64,000 nt of DNA from an uncultured Chloroflexia bacterium (GCA_963695195.1 CAVOGE010000007.1:1046663-1110662), one strand, 5' to 3'; positions 9,488-19,877 are shown, counted from the first letter of the stretch. Numbers and translations are program-made. Notes: generated by a model not told the origin, from the sequence alone.

Positions 9488-10567
9488 TCAGCGACCTCCG
9501 TGAGGAGTGTCCAGCCCCCACAGGTCGCCGACCGTGAAGCCGTTGGGGAACGGGTCATCGGGATCCACCTCGAACTGCGTCCGGCCAGTGATCCAGGCGC
9601 TGCCGGCGAGTTGCGGCACGACCGCCCGGTACGGTCCGACGGTCGTCTCGCGCAGCAGCCGGCCGGTCCACGCGGTGCCCATGATCCCCTCGTGGACGTA
9701 GTCCTGGCCGATCCCCAGCTTGCCCCGGGCGTGCAGGACGGCCATCCGGGCGCACGTGCCGGTGCCGCACGGGGATCGGTCCAGCACGCCGGTGAACGAC
9801 TCGGGGCGTGACCAGTCGAGCGTGCCGGAGCTGACCACCACGGTGTTCTTGCCGTGCGCGCCCGCGAGGGTGGGCGGCGCGGTCAGCTCGATGATGCTGA
9901 TCCCGGCGATCTCCGGGTGATCGGGGTGCGCCACCGGGATCTGCTCCCGTGCCGCCGCCTTGACCATCTCGCCGAGCCGCACGATGTCGCGCCCCTCGTC
10001 CGGAGTGAGCTGCAGTCCGAGCGCTGAGGCTTCGACGATCGCGTAGAACATCCCACCCCAGGCGACGTCCACCTTCACCCGGCCGATCCCCGGCACCTCC
10101 ACCGGCGCGTTCAGCTCGATGGCGAAGGCGGGCACGTTTTCGAAGGTGATGGAGGTCGCCTTGCCGTCGCGCACGTCCGCGCGCACCCGGATCAACCCCG
10201 CGGGCGCCTCCAGCGTCAGCTGGGTGATCGGCTCGGTGACCGGGACCAGCCCCTCGGCGATGAGCACGGTCGCGGTGCAGATCGTGTTGGAGCCGCTCAT
10301 GGCCGGGTATTCGGCCTGCTCCATGATCACGAAGCCGGCATCGGCCTGCAGATCGGTGGGAGGCAGGATCACGTTGGCGCAGAGTGCCGGGTAGCCGCGC
10401 GGCTCGCGCAGCATCAGTTGCCGCAGCCGATCCCCGTGCTCGGCCAGGTGGTTGCGCTTCTCGAGCATGGTCGCGCCGGGCACGTCGTGGACGCCGCCGA
10501 TGATCACGCGACCGGGCTCGCCGCCGGCATGGGCGTCGACGGCGGTAATGATCGGATCAAGCCTCAT
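9488..10567 (-). CDS. Proline racemase superfamily protein (Ser/Cys dyad)
   Basis: DAHAGGEPGRV, LMLREPRG, YPAMSGSNTIC, DVAWGGMFY, DRSPCGTGT. Confidence 0.9.
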   Translation of the reverse strand: MRLDPIITAVDAHAGGEPGRVIIGGVHDVPGATMLEKRNHLAEHGDRLRQLMLREPRGYPALCANVILPPTDLQADAGFVIMEQAEYPAMSGSNTICTATVLIAEGLVPVTEPITQLTLEAPAGLIRVRADVRDGKATSITFENVPAFAIELNAPVEVPGIGRVKVDVAWGGMFYAIVEASALGLQLTPDEGRDIVRLGEMVKAAAREQIPVAHPDHPEIAGISIIELTAPPTLAGAHGKNTVVVSSGTLDWSRPESFTGVLDRSPCGTGTCARMAVLHARGKLGIGQDYVHEGIMGTAWTGRLLRETTVGPYRAVVPQLAGSAWITGRTQFEVDPDDPFPNGFTVGDLWGLDTPHGGR

Positions 10568-10612
10568 ATCGGCATGGTGCCATGGCCGCCAGGGTTTGGC
10601 TGGCCTGACCCT

Positions 10613-10824
10613 TCAACCCCGGCGCTCACCCCCGCGCTTGAAGTTGCCGGTCACGCGAGCCATCAGCTGCTGCGCGTCGTCCTCGTCGAGATTCGTTACT
10701 CGCGCGAGGAACTGCGTCGCGACAGCTCCCTCAGCGTGACTGCCGCCTTGGAGCGGTAGGTCACGTGGATCTCCGACCCGCGGACGACGTACGCGAAGGG
10801 TCGGTCGGCAAGTCCATCGGGCAT
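10613..10824 (-). CDS. Small hypothetical protein (about 70 aa) interrupted by a -1 frameshift
   Basis: MPDGLADRPFAYVVRGSEIHVTYRSKAAVTLR continues in another frame as GAVATQFLARVTNLDEDDAQQLMARVTGNFKRGGERRG*. One extra base in the C-run at 10728-10730 restores a single ORF. Confidence 0.6.
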
Positions 10825-10854
10825 GCCGCGAGTGTGACGCGTAGCATCGGCCAC

Positions 10855-11874
10855 GTGTCCGAACTGAGCGACCTGCTGGATGCTGCCGAGGCACTCGCGG
10901 CGCGGGGCGAGCCGATGGCGCTGGCCACCATCGTCACGACCCGCGGCTCAACGTACCGGCGGGCCGGCGCCCGGCTGCTGATCCCGGCGGATGGCGAGCC
11001 GATCGGCAATATCAGCGGCGGCTGCCTTGAGGGCGATGTGGCGCGTGTCGGTCGCGAGGTGTTGGCCTCCGGTGTTCCGCGCCTGGTCGAATTCGACCTC
11101 ACCGCCGAGGATGACGCGGTGTGGGGCTACGGCTTGGGCTGCAACGGGGCCATGGAGCTGTTCATCGAGCCCACGCCGGGGGCGCTCGAGACCGTGGCGG
11201 CACTGCGGAGCCGGTCCGGTCAGTGCCTGGTGACTCCGCTCACCGGGCCGGACGCCGGCGCTCACCGCTTCGAGACCGATGGCGCCGCGGCCGCGGCGCT
11301 GCGCGACGGTTCACCGCGCGTAGCGGAGGCCTCCGGCGAGCGGGTCTTCTTCGAGCCGATGCTCCCGCCGTTTCGCCTGGTCGTCTGCGGAGCCGGTCAC
11401 GACGCCATCCCGCTGGTCCGCCAGGCAGCCGAGCTTGGCTGGCGGGTGATGGTGGCCGATGTCCGACGCGCGCTGCTGAACGCCGATCGATTCCCCGGGG
11501 CCGCAGAGTTCTGTGCGGCCGATCCGGCCGAGGCAGCCGCCGCGCTGGCGCCTGACCAGCGGACCGCGGTGGTGCTGATGGGCCACAACTACCTGCGCGA
11601 CATCGCCTACCTGGGCGCACTGCTGGATTCGCCGCTCGCCTACCTGGGAGTCCTGGGCCCGCGGGGGCGCACCGAGCAGATGCTCGGCGAGCTGGGTCGT
11701 CCCGAGGTGATGGATCGCCTCCACGCGCCGGCGGGCCTGGATATCGGCGCGGAGGGGCCGGACGAGGTGGCGCACGCCATCGTCGTGGAGATCCTGGCGG
11801 TCACTCGGCGGCGGACAGGAGGTCCGCTCCGGGAACGAGGCGCCCCCATTCACGGCGGGGAGCCGCCGGTCTAG
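10855..11874 (+). CDS. XdhC/CoxI family xanthine dehydrogenase maturation factor
   Basis: LATIVTTRGSTYRRAGARL, GNISGGCLEGD, GLGCNG, GAGHDA, YLGVLGPRGR, HAPAGLDIGAEGPDEVA; TAGCAT-N7-GTG leaderless start. Confidence 0.9.
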   Translation: MSELSDLLDAAEALAARGEPMALATIVTTRGSTYRRAGARLLIPADGEPIGNISGGCLEGDVARVGREVLASGVPRLVEFDLTAEDDAVWGYGLGCNGAMELFIEPTPGALETVAALRSRSGQCLVTPLTGPDAGAHRFETDGAAAAALRDGSPRVAEASGERVFFEPMLPPFRLVVCGAGHDAIPLVRQAAELGWRVMVADVRRALLNADRFPGAAEFCAADPAEAAAALAPDQRTAVVLMGHNYLRDIAYLGALLDSPLAYLGVLGPRGRTEQMLGELGRPEVMDRLHAPAGLDIGAEGPDEVAHAIVVEILAVTRRRTGGPLRERGAPIHGGEPPV

Positions 11875-14800
11875 GCGACCGGGACCGCGACCGCCTCTTC
11901 GAGGCGCTGCAGGAAGGCGGGCGCTCCGAGCCGCGTGAAGATCTCGCGTGCCTCGGTCGCCGCGGCGGCCACGTCGGGACTGTTCCCGCCGACGAACCGC
12001 ACGTAGTCAAGCTGGCACAGAGCGAGATCGAACCACGCTTCGAGATCGTGCCATTGGCGGATTGCGTCGCGGTACCCGGCTGCCGCCTCATCGGCCTGGC
12101 CAGACAATGCCGCGATGCCGGCGTCCATGACGCGCACGTGGGCGTTGATGCCGCGGCCATGGCTTCCCACGGAGCGGAGGAGGTCGGCGGCACCGCGCGC
12201 CTGCGCTGCGTCGCCCGCCCACAGCGCCGCCCGGGCAGCCCCGTGCGACTCGGTGGTGACCCACCCGCCGTCCGTCGCCGCGGCCGCCGAGAACTCGGCG
12301 CACGCATCGGCGAAGTGTCCCTCCACCAGGGCGACCCATCCCTTGAGCGAATGGAGCGTTGCGGCGACGTTTGGCTCGTCCGAGGTCTGCGCGAATGCTT
12401 CGACGCGGGCCAGCTGTTCGGCGTAGGGGCGCCCGCGGAGCGCGTTCAGGACAGCGTGGTTGACATCGTTCTGCGCTTGGTCCGACGAATCGAGCTCGAG
12501 GGCCGAAAGGTCGGCGATGATCGCCTCGGCGCGGTCCCACTCACCGGCGTGGACGGCGGTGTCGACGATGTTGGCGCCCATCGAGGTCATGTGTTCCAGC
12601 GCACCGCTGCGCTTCGCCTCCTCGAACCCCTCCGACAGGATCCGCAACGCTCCCCTCGGATCTTCAGCCCAGAGCACGCTGCCCAGGTTGTTGCGCGCAC
12701 GGAAGGCCGCGTATGACAACCCGTAGGAGATGCTCATCTCGAGAACGCCGCGCAGGCTGGCGATCGATTCGCGCAGGCGTCCGCCAATGCCGAGGGCAGT
12801 GGCCCTCGTGTTCAGCAGATCAGCGATTTCGGGGACCATGTCGAGTCGCTCGGCGAGTGGCAGGGCGCGGTCGGCCCACTCCACGGCCGGGGTCGTGTCA
12901 CCGTGCATCATGTAGGCGCGAGATAGCGCTGCCCACACCGCCACGATGCTCGCGTCATGCTCGAGGTCTGAAAGCGCGGGCAATGCGGAGGTGATTTCCT
13001 CGATCGCCGCGGCCGGCTGTGCACCCGAGGCCAGCAACAGGCCCAGGCCGGCGATGGCCAACGCCTCGCTCGGCTTGTCGCCTGCCTCCCGAGCAGTGGC
13101 CATCGCCCGCCGGTGGTAGCCGTCCGCGGCTTCATAGCGTCCAGCCGCGCGAGCCGCCTCGCCGGCGCGTCGCAGGAGCAGCGACTGCTGGTCCGCGCCT
13201 GGGGTCACCTCCAGCGCGAGCTCGAAGAAGCGCACCGCCTGCTCGTGCGAGCCGAGCGCCGTTGCCCGCTCGGCGGCCCGGCGCAGCAGATCGGCGGCAT
13301 GGACGCGGATCGGCTCGGCATCATCGTCTTCAGGCGCGCTGCGGTACGCGTCAAGGTAGTGCGCAGCGGTCGCATCCACGATCTCCTCGTCGTCCAGCGA
13401 CTCGAAGTACCCACCTGCTGCAAGATGCACGACCTTGCGATCGCGCTTGGTCAGCGTCCCGTAGGCGACCTCGCGAACCAGGCCCTGCACGAAGCCGTAC
13501 TGCCCGCGCTCCGGGGACTTGGGGTCCATGTCAAGCACCAGCAGTTCGCGCTTGACGAGCGTGCGCAGACGAGCTTCAAGGTCGTCGGTCTGCCCGGTGA
13601 CGGCGGCCAGTGCACCGACGGTGAAGGTCTGGCCCAGGATGGAGGCGTACTGGAGCAGCGAGCGGTCGGTGGCATCGAGCGAGTCCATACGGGCCGCAAT
13701 CAGCGCCTGCAGCGTGGCGGGGACCGCCAGCGCACTGAGGTCGCCGGTCGGCTGGTAGGCCCCGTCCTTCAGTTCCAGGCGCCCGTCCTGCAGCAGCATG
13801 CGCACCGTCTCGACGGCGTACAGCGGAATCCCCTCGGCGCGCGTCACGATCTGCTCGACGGTCGGCGCGGGAAGCCCCGGTACCAGGCTGGCCAGGATCG
13901 CCCGGATCACCTCGTCGGGGAGCGCCTCAAGCGCGAGGCTGGTGAAGTTGCGCTGGCCCGCGCCCCAGGTCGGGCGCCGGTCGAGGAGCTCTGGCCTCGC
14001 CAGCGTGATGATGTAGATCGCGTGGCCGCGGCTCCATTCGAGCAGGTGGTCGATGAAGTCGAGCTGACCCGCATCGGCCCAGTGGAGGTCCTCGAAGACC
14101 ATCACGACCGTGCCCTCGCCGGCGACGCGCTCGAAGAAGGTCCGCCACGCGGCGAACAGTTCTTCGCTGCCGCCCGTATCGGTCTCGGTGATGCCGAGCA
14201 ACTGCCCGAGCTTGGGCTCCATCCAGCGACGCTCCGCCTCGTCGGGGACGTAGGTTTCGAGCGTGCTGGCCAGCTTCGCCCGGGTGCTGGCCGCATCCTC
14301 GAGCTCAACCACGCCGATGCGGCCGCGGACCATCTCGCCGAGCGCCCAGAAGCTGATCCCCTCGCCGTAGGCCGGGGACCGGCCCTGGTGCCAGAGCACC
14401 GTCGCCGCGATGCCGTCGATGTACTTGAGGAACTCCCACGCCAGCCGGCTCTTGCCGATCCCCGCCTGGCCGATGATCGAGACCAGCCGGGCCCGCTTCT
14501 CGCGCGGCGCCGCGTGGAAGAGCTCCTTCACCAGCCGCAGCTCGGAGTCGCGGCCCATGAAGGGCGCCTCGAGCTGCTCGCCGCGACCCACGCCGCCGCG
14601 CTGCGCGACGACCCGCAGGGCCCGATACGCCGGCACCGGGCTGGCCTTCCCCTTCAGCTCCTGCTCGCCGGCCGGCTCAAAGACGATCGCCCTTTCCGTG
14701 GCGCGGAAGGTCGCCTCACCGACGAGGACGGTTCCCGGCGCCGCGACGGACTGCAATCGCGAGGCCGTGTTGACGAGGTCGCCGGCGACCATCCCCTGGT

Positions 14801-15368
14801 TTGATGCGCCAAGCGTGACCGCCGCCTCCCCGGTGAGAACGCCGACCCGGGCGCTCAGCTTCTGGTCATCGCTGCCCAGGCGGCTCACCGCATCCACCAG
14901 GTCGAGCGCCGCGCGAACAGCGCGCTCGGCATCGTCCTCATGGGCCACCGGCGTCCCCCAGACCGCCATCACCGCGTCGCCGATGAACTTCTCGACCGAC
15001 CCGCCGTAGTTGGTGATGATCTCCTGCGCCACGCCGAAGTACTCGGTCAGCTGTTCTCGCACCGCTTCCGCGTCGCGTGACTCGGACATCGTGGTGAAGC
15101 CGACCAGGTCGGCGAACATGACCGATACGAGCTTGCGTTCGGCCACGCTGCTCGCCTGGCCGATCTCCGGTGCCGCGGCGCCGTTGGTGGTCGCCGTCGC
15201 CACGGGCGTACCAGCCGCTTGCAGGCCAACGCCGCATTCAGGGCAGAACTTGGGCGATCCCTCGTACGCAACGCCGCACGCTGGACATGCCTGCTGCATG
15301 CGAGCGCCGCATTCTGCGCAGAACTTCTGGTTTGGGCTCGCGGCGGCGCCGCAGGACGGGCACGACAT
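11871..15368 (-). CDS. Double zinc ribbon - class III adenylate/guanylate cyclase - AAA ATPase - TPR protein
   Basis: Four CxxC pairs; FADLVGFT, VEKFIGDAVMAVWG, GDLVNTASRLQ; Walker A GQAGIGKS, Walker B VFEDLHWAD; helical C-terminus. Confidence 0.92.
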   Translation of the reverse strand: MSCPSCGAAASPNQKFCAECGARMQQACPACGVAYEGSPKFCPECGVGLQAAGTPVATATTNGAAAPEIGQASSVAERKLVSVMFADLVGFTTMSESRDAEAVREQLTEYFGVAQEIITNYGGSVEKFIGDAVMAVWGTPVAHEDDAERAVRAALDLVDAVSRLGSDDQKLSARVGVLTGEAAVTLGASNQGMVAGDLVNTASRLQSVAAPGTVLVGEATFRATERAIVFEPAGEQELKGKASPVPAYRALRVVAQRGGVGRGEQLEAPFMGRDSELRLVKELFHAAPREKRARLVSIIGQAGIGKSRLAWEFLKYIDGIAATVLWHQGRSPAYGEGISFWALGEMVRGRIGVVELEDAASTRAKLASTLETYVPDEAERRWMEPKLGQLLGITETDTGGSEELFAAWRTFFERVAGEGTVVMVFEDLHWADAGQLDFIDHLLEWSRGHAIYIITLARPELLDRRPTWGAGQRNFTSLALEALPDEVIRAILASLVPGLPAPTVEQIVTRAEGIPLYAVETVRMLLQDGRLELKDGAYQPTGDLSALAVPATLQALIAARMDSLDATDRSLLQYASILGQTFTVGALAAVTGQTDDLEARLRTLVKRELLVLDMDPKSPERGQYGFVQGLVREVAYGTLTKRDRKVVHLAAGGYFESLDDEEIVDATAAHYLDAYRSAPEDDDAEPIRVHAADLLRRAAERATALGSHEQAVRFFELALEVTPGADQQSLLLRRAGEAARAAGRYEAADGYHRRAMATAREAGDKPSEALAIAGLGLLLASGAQPAAAIEEITSALPALSDLEHDASIVAVWAALSRAYMMHGDTTPAVEWADRALPLAERLDMVPEIADLLNTRATALGIGGRLRESIASLRGVLEMSISYGLSYAAFRARNNLGSVLWAEDPRGALRILSEGFEEAKRSGALEHMTSMGANIVDTAVHAGEWDRAEAIIADLSALELDSSDQAQNDVNHAVLNALRGRPYAEQLARVEAFAQTSDEPNVAATLHSLKGWVALVEGHFADACAEFSAAAATDGGWVTTESHGAARAALWAGDAAQARGAADLLRSVGSHGRGINAHVRVMDAGIAALSGQADEAAAGYRDAIRQWHDLEAWFDLALCQLDYVRFVGGNSPDVAAAATEAREIFTRLGAPAFLQRLEEAVAVPVA

Positions 15369-15424
15369 TGGGGCGACAGCGTATCGCGTGCGGGCGGCGA
15401 TGACCAGCCTGTCGCTGCAGGCTT

Positions 15425-16453
15425 CTACCCGCCGATGTAGCTCATCTCCACCTTGACCAGGCCGGTCGTCTCCGCCGAGCGAATTTCCGAGTACCGGTCC
15501 GTCCGTGCCACCCAGAGGGAGCGCAGGTGCGCCTCGAGGTCGGCGTCCGAGGCGTCGGCACGCACGAGCGCGCGCAGGTCATGCCCCGCAGTGGCGAAGA
15601 GGCACGTGAAGAGCTGCCCGTCGGCCGAGACCCGGGCACGGGAGCATGCCCCACAGAACGGCCGGCTCACCGATGCGATCACGCCGATCTCGCCCGCGCC
15701 ATCGGTGTAGCGGTAGCGCTCCGCCACCTCGCCCGGATGCGTGGGAGCCATCGGTTCGAGCGGAAACTCGGCCCCCACGGTCTCGAGGATCTCGGCCGCG
15801 GTCACCACCTCGTCGAGCCGCCAGCCGTTGGAGTGGCCGACGTCCATGTACTCGATGAACCGCAGCACGCGCCCTGTCCCCCGGAAGCGACGCGCCATGG
15901 GGAGCACCGCATGCTCGTTCCACCCGCGCTTCACCACCATGTTCACCTTGATCGGGCCCAGGCCGGCCGTCTCCGCGGCGTCGATGCCGGCCAGGACGCG
16001 CGCCACCGGCACGCCGGCATCGTTCATGCGCATGAAGGTGTCGTCGTCATCAGCGTCGAGGCTGACGGTGACCCGACGCAGGCCAGCTTCCGCCAGGGCG
16101 CTGGCGTGCTCACCCAGCAGGACGCCGTTGGTGGTGAGCGTCAGGTCACGGACACCGGAGATGGCGGCCAGCCGCGCGACCAGGTCCGGCAGGTCGCGAC
16201 GCACGAGCGGCTCGCCGCCGGTGAGCCGCACCTTCTCGACCCCCAGCCGCGTGAATACCGCCACCAGCCGCGCGATCTCCTCGAAGGTGAGCAGCTCGGC
16301 GCGCGGCAGAAAGGCATGGTCACGCCCGAAGAACTCGCGTGGCATGCAGTAGACGCAGCGGAAGTTGCATCGGTCGGTGACACTGATCCGCAGGTCGTGC
16401 AGCGGGCGTCCCAGGGTGTCGCGTGGGGCAGGGGGCAGATCAAGCTCGGGCAT
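15425..16453 (-). CDS. moaA: GTP 3',8-cyclase MoaA
   Basis: LRISVTDRCNFRCVYCMP, RLTGGEPL, FCGACSRARVSADG, C-terminal MSYIGG. Confidence 0.96.
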   Translation of the reverse strand: MPELDLPPAPRDTLGRPLHDLRISVTDRCNFRCVYCMPREFFGRDHAFLPRAELLTFEEIARLVAVFTRLGVEKVRLTGGEPLVRRDLPDLVARLAAISGVRDLTLTTNGVLLGEHASALAEAGLRRVTVSLDADDDDTFMRMNDAGVPVARVLAGIDAAETAGLGPIKVNMVVKRGWNEHAVLPMARRFRGTGRVLRFIEYMDVGHSNGWRLDEVVTAAEILETVGAEFPLEPMAPTHPGEVAERYRYTDGAGEIGVIASVSRPFCGACSRARVSADGQLFTCLFATAGHDLRALVRADASDADLEAHLRSLWVARTDRYSEIRSAETTGLVKVEMSYIGG

Positions 16454-16510
16454 GGGCGCAGATCGTGACAGTCCGCGTGCCGATTGCCAAACGACGTCGC
16501 TTCCCGGAGG

Positions 16511-17335
16511 TCAGTTCTGCAGGCACGCGTTGGCGTAGTAGATCGGGATGTCGAGTGCCGCGTGCAACGCGACGGGCAGCAGCAACGAGCCGGTGCGCAG
16601 GGTGATCGCCCCGAGAGCCAGGCCCGCGGCAGCGGTGGCTGCCATCACCGGCAGCGGTGAGCCGGCAAAGTCGCCGCCCACGCCGTGGGCCAGGCCGAAG
16701 GCGGCCGCCTGGACCGCCATCGCCAGGAATGGTCCGCGCCAGCGCATGAGCCAATGGAGCAGGGCTCCGCGGAACACCGTCTCTTCCATCAGGGCATTGG
16801 CCATCGCGAAGACCAGGGCCGGGGCCACGGCCGCCAGATCGCCCAGGGCGACAGGCAGCGGCCCGAAGAATGGCTCTGCCACTGCTGGACCGATGAAGGT
16901 TGCCGCGAAGCCGACCGCCCCAAGGGCACCCGCGGCCAGCCCAAGCTCTCTCCGCGATACCCGCCGCAGGCCGATCTCCGCGGCCGTCGAGCCGAGCAGC
17001 CAGACGGTCAACGCCACAGAAGCCAGAACAAGCACCGCACCGGCAGCCCGGTACATGGCGAAGGGGGCGAGCAGATCCGCGCAGGTGCTGCCGTCCCGCG
17101 CGCTCGCCGGCAGTTCGACGCCACTCCACGCCATGCCCAGGACGACCAGCAGGGCGGCCGCGTAGGCGAACCGCTCGGATGCATGCGCTGCGGTGCCGAT
17201 CCGGGCTCTCCACAGACTCGCCAGGAATCCGAGCAGTAACAGGACGAGCATGGGCGGCCGCAGCGCTTCGATTGCCGCCCCTGCCAGCAGCAGGACGAAC
17301 GGGACGCCAGCGAGTACTGCTCGAGTGCGCCTCAT
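16511..17335 (-). CDS. CPBP (CAAX/Abi) family intramembrane metalloprotease
   Basis: EETVFRG, FGLAH, HAALD motifs; multi-TM; start uncertain. Confidence 0.82.
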   Translation of the reverse strand: MRRTRAVLAGVPFVLLLAGAAIEALRPPMLVLLLLGFLASLWRARIGTAAHASERFAYAAALLVVLGMAWSGVELPASARDGSTCADLLAPFAMYRAAGAVLVLASVALTVWLLGSTAAEIGLRRVSRRELGLAAGALGAVGFAATFIGPAVAEPFFGPLPVALGDLAAVAPALVFAMANALMEETVFRGALLHWLMRWRGPFLAMAVQAAAFGLAHGVGGDFAGSPLPVMAATAAAGLALGAITLRTGSLLLPVALHAALDIPIYYANACLQN

Positions 17336-17421
17336 GCCAGATGGTGCGTGGGCCATGACGCGGTTGGGGCTGATGGCCGAGGATACGTCGCTTCCGCTCT
17401 GAGCGTGGCAGGATGGCACCG

Positions 17422-18807
17422 ATGGCTCCCGATTCATCGGCCCTGCTTGCCAGCCTGCGCAGCACAGTTGGCCCGGACCACGTCCTGACCGACGCCGACC
17501 TGCGCGCCTCATACGAGACCGACTGGTCACGCCGCTGGCACGGCGACGCACTGGCGGTCGTTCGACCGGCGTCGGCCGACGAGATGGTCGCGGTGGTGCG
17601 CGCCTGCACAGCCGCGGGCGTCGCGATCATCCCGCAGGGAGGCAACACCGGCCTGGTCGGCGGCTCAGTCCCGCGCAGCGGCACCCCACGGCAGCAAGTG
17701 GTGGTCTCGACGCTCCGCCTCCGCGACCTCCTGCCGGTCGATGCGCTCGCCGGCGAGGTGACGGTCGGCGCCGGCGTGACCCTGGGCGCGCTGCAGGCCC
17801 ACGTTCGTCCGGCTGGGTTCGGCTTCGGGGTGGACCTCGGTGCGCGCGACTCCGCGACGATCGGTGGGATGGTCGCCACAAACGCGGGAGGCATCCACGT
17901 GCTTCGTCACGGCCCGATGCGAATGCAGATCGTCGGGATCGAGGCCGTCCTCGCCGACGGCAGCATCGTGCGGCGGCTGCCCGGCATGCTGAAGGACAAC
18001 TCCGGGTATCACCTGCCGTCGCTCCTCGCCGGCAGCGAGGGGACCCTGGCGATCATCACCCGGGTGCACCTGCGGCTTGTTCCGCTCCTCCCCCGACGGG
18101 CGGTCGCGCTGCTGGCCCTCGATGACACCGCGGCCGCCGTGGCACTGGCCGGCGCCTTCCGCAGCGGCCTGCCCTCGCTCGCGGCCGCGGAGCTCTTCTT
18201 CGACGACGGGCTGGCCCTGGTGCTCCGGCGCGGGGGTGGGGAGTCGCCGTTCCGGGATCGATATCCCTCCTACCTGCTCCTGGAGGCCGAAGGCACCGTA
18301 GATCCGAGCGATGACCTGACGGCCGCCATCGACACCGCGGGCGAAGTCGTGCGCGACGCGGTGCTGGCATCGGATGGACCGGGCCGCGAGCGGCTCTGGC
18401 ACCTGCGCGAGGGCCATACCGAGGCGATCAACGCGGAGGGGATCCCCCACAAGCTCGACGTGGCGCTACCGCTCGGTCGCCTCGCCGAATTCGTGGACCG
18501 TGTCCGCGAGGGAGTGGGGGAGGCGGCACCGGGTGCCGCGTGCTACCTCTACGGGCATGTCTGCGATGGAAACCTGCATATCGGCGTCATCGGTCCTCCG
18601 CCGGAGGACGAGGCGGTGGACGCAGCCATACTGCGGCTGACGATCGAGATGGGCGGCACCATCAGCGCCGAGCACGGGATCGGTGTCGCCAAGGTGGACT
18701 GGCTGGAGGCCCACCGCGGTGCCGCCGACGTCGCGGCGATGCGCGCCATCAAGCGCGCGCTGGATCCTGCCGGGACCCTCAACCCGGGTGTCATCTTCCG
18801 CGACTGA
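17422..18807 (+). CDS. FAD-binding 2-hydroxyacid oxidoreductase (GlcD/D2HGDH family)
   Basis: PQGGNTGLVGG, TIGGMVATNAGG, KDNSGY, GSEGTL, GHVCDGNLH, ISAEHGIG, LNPG; start 17413 or 17422. Confidence 0.9.
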   Translation: MAPDSSALLASLRSTVGPDHVLTDADLRASYETDWSRRWHGDALAVVRPASADEMVAVVRACTAAGVAIIPQGGNTGLVGGSVPRSGTPRQQVVVSTLRLRDLLPVDALAGEVTVGAGVTLGALQAHVRPAGFGFGVDLGARDSATIGGMVATNAGGIHVLRHGPMRMQIVGIEAVLADGSIVRRLPGMLKDNSGYHLPSLLAGSEGTLAIITRVHLRLVPLLPRRAVALLALDDTAAAVALAGAFRSGLPSLAAAELFFDDGLALVLRRGGGESPFRDRYPSYLLLEAEGTVDPSDDLTAAIDTAGEVVRDAVLASDGPGRERLWHLREGHTEAINAEGIPHKLDVALPLGRLAEFVDRVREGVGEAAPGAACYLYGHVCDGNLHIGVIGPPPEDEAVDAAILRLTIEMGGTISAEHGIGVAKVDWLEAHRGAADVAAMRAIKRALDPAGTLNPGVIFRD

Positions 18808-18873
18808 GGTGCAACCGAGGGCGAATCGCGGTAGGGTGGCCCACCACACAGAAGACGACAGGGAGAACACGAG

Positions 18874-19122
18874 ATGGGCAAGTTCATGGATGTGCACAGC
18901 GGCTTTCACGGCGTCTCGCAGGAAGAACTGGTGAAGGCACACAACGGCGACCTGGCGATCGAGGCCGAGGAAGGCGTCCATTTCGAGACCGCATGGGGCG
19001 ACCCGGTCAGCGGGAAGGTCTTCTGCCTCTCAACGGGTCCCTCGAAGGAAGCCGTGCAGCGCATTCACGAGCGCAATGGAATCCCCACCGACGAGATCTA
19101 CGAGATCGCGCTCGAAGTCTGA
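18874..19122 (+). CDS. SCO4226-like / DUF4242 small metal-binding protein
   Basis: FMDVH, AHNGDLAIE, GKVFCLSTGPS, IHERNG..DEIYE; SD GGGAG. Confidence 0.82.
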   Translation: MGKFMDVHSGFHGVSQEELVKAHNGDLAIEAEEGVHFETAWGDPVSGKVFCLSTGPSKEAVQRIHERNGIPTDEIYEIALEV

Positions 19123-19124
19123 TC

Positions 19125-19877
19125 TCAGGGGAGGAGCAGCAGCTTCAGTCCGGCAAGCAGCAGCACGGCCGCGAGGGAGCGGCGCACCCAGGGCGCCGGC
19201 ATACGGCGGCTGCCCAGCTCCGAACCGATCACGCCGCCGATCGCCACCGCCACCAGCCAGAGCGGCAGCGCTGACGGAAGTGAGCCGACGCTGGCGTAGT
19301 TGCCGGCCAGACCGGAGATCGAGTTGGCCAGGATGAACGCGGCTGAGGTGCCGGCCGCGAAGCGGGTCCCGGCCCAGCCCGCGGCGAGCAGCAGTGGGGT
19401 CAGGAAGATCCCGCCACCGGTGCCGGTCAGTCCGGCCAGCAGGCCGATACCCGCGCCGCTCGTCACCGCGGCGGGCATCGGCGCACGGGGTGCGAACTCG
19501 TCGCGCGGCCGCGCCGCCGTCCAGCCGAAGCGCGCCGCCGCCACCAGCAGCACCGCGCCCACCAACGGCCGATAGATCTCGCCGGGGAGCGTCAGCGCGC
19601 CGCCGAGAAACGCCGCGGGGACAGACCCCGCAAGGAAGGGGATCAGCGAAATCGGTCGGACGAACCCGGCTCGCCAGAAACGGAGCGTGACGATGCTGGC
19701 TACGCCGATGTTGAGGACGAGGGCGGTCGGCTTCATCACGTCGGGCGCCACGCCGGTCAGCGCCATCGCGGCCAGGTACGCCGAAGCGCCCCCGTGGCCA
19801 ACCGAGCCGTAGAGGATTGCCGCCACCAGGAAGAGCGCGGCCAGCACCAGCGAATCCGGCGACAGCAGGTCGGTCAC
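19125..19877 (-). CDS. Sulfite exporter TauE/SafE family protein
   Basis: YGSVGHGGASAY, GLTGTGGGIFL; about 8 TM; TAGGAT-N6-GTG. Confidence 0.87.
   Translation of the reverse strand: MTDLLSPDSLVLAALFLVAAILYGSVGHGGASAYLAAMALTGVAPDVMKPTALVLNIGVASIVTLRFWRAGFVRPISLIPFLAGSVPAAFLGGALTLPGEIYRPLVGAVLLVAAARFGWTAARPRDEFAPRAPMPAAVTSGAGIGLLAGLTGTGGGIFLTPLLLAAGWAGTRFAAGTSAAFILANSISGLAGNYASVGSLPSALPLWLVAVAIGGVIGSELGSRRMPAPWVRRSLAAVLLLAGLKLLLLP

Noticed and set aside
11871-17335. Antiphage system (Avs-like STAND plus Abi/CAAX protein)
   Set aside because: The cyclase-AAA-TPR architecture is a common signalling family in such genomes; no nuclease, TIR or SIR2 effector and no defence-island context; moaA lies between the two genes.
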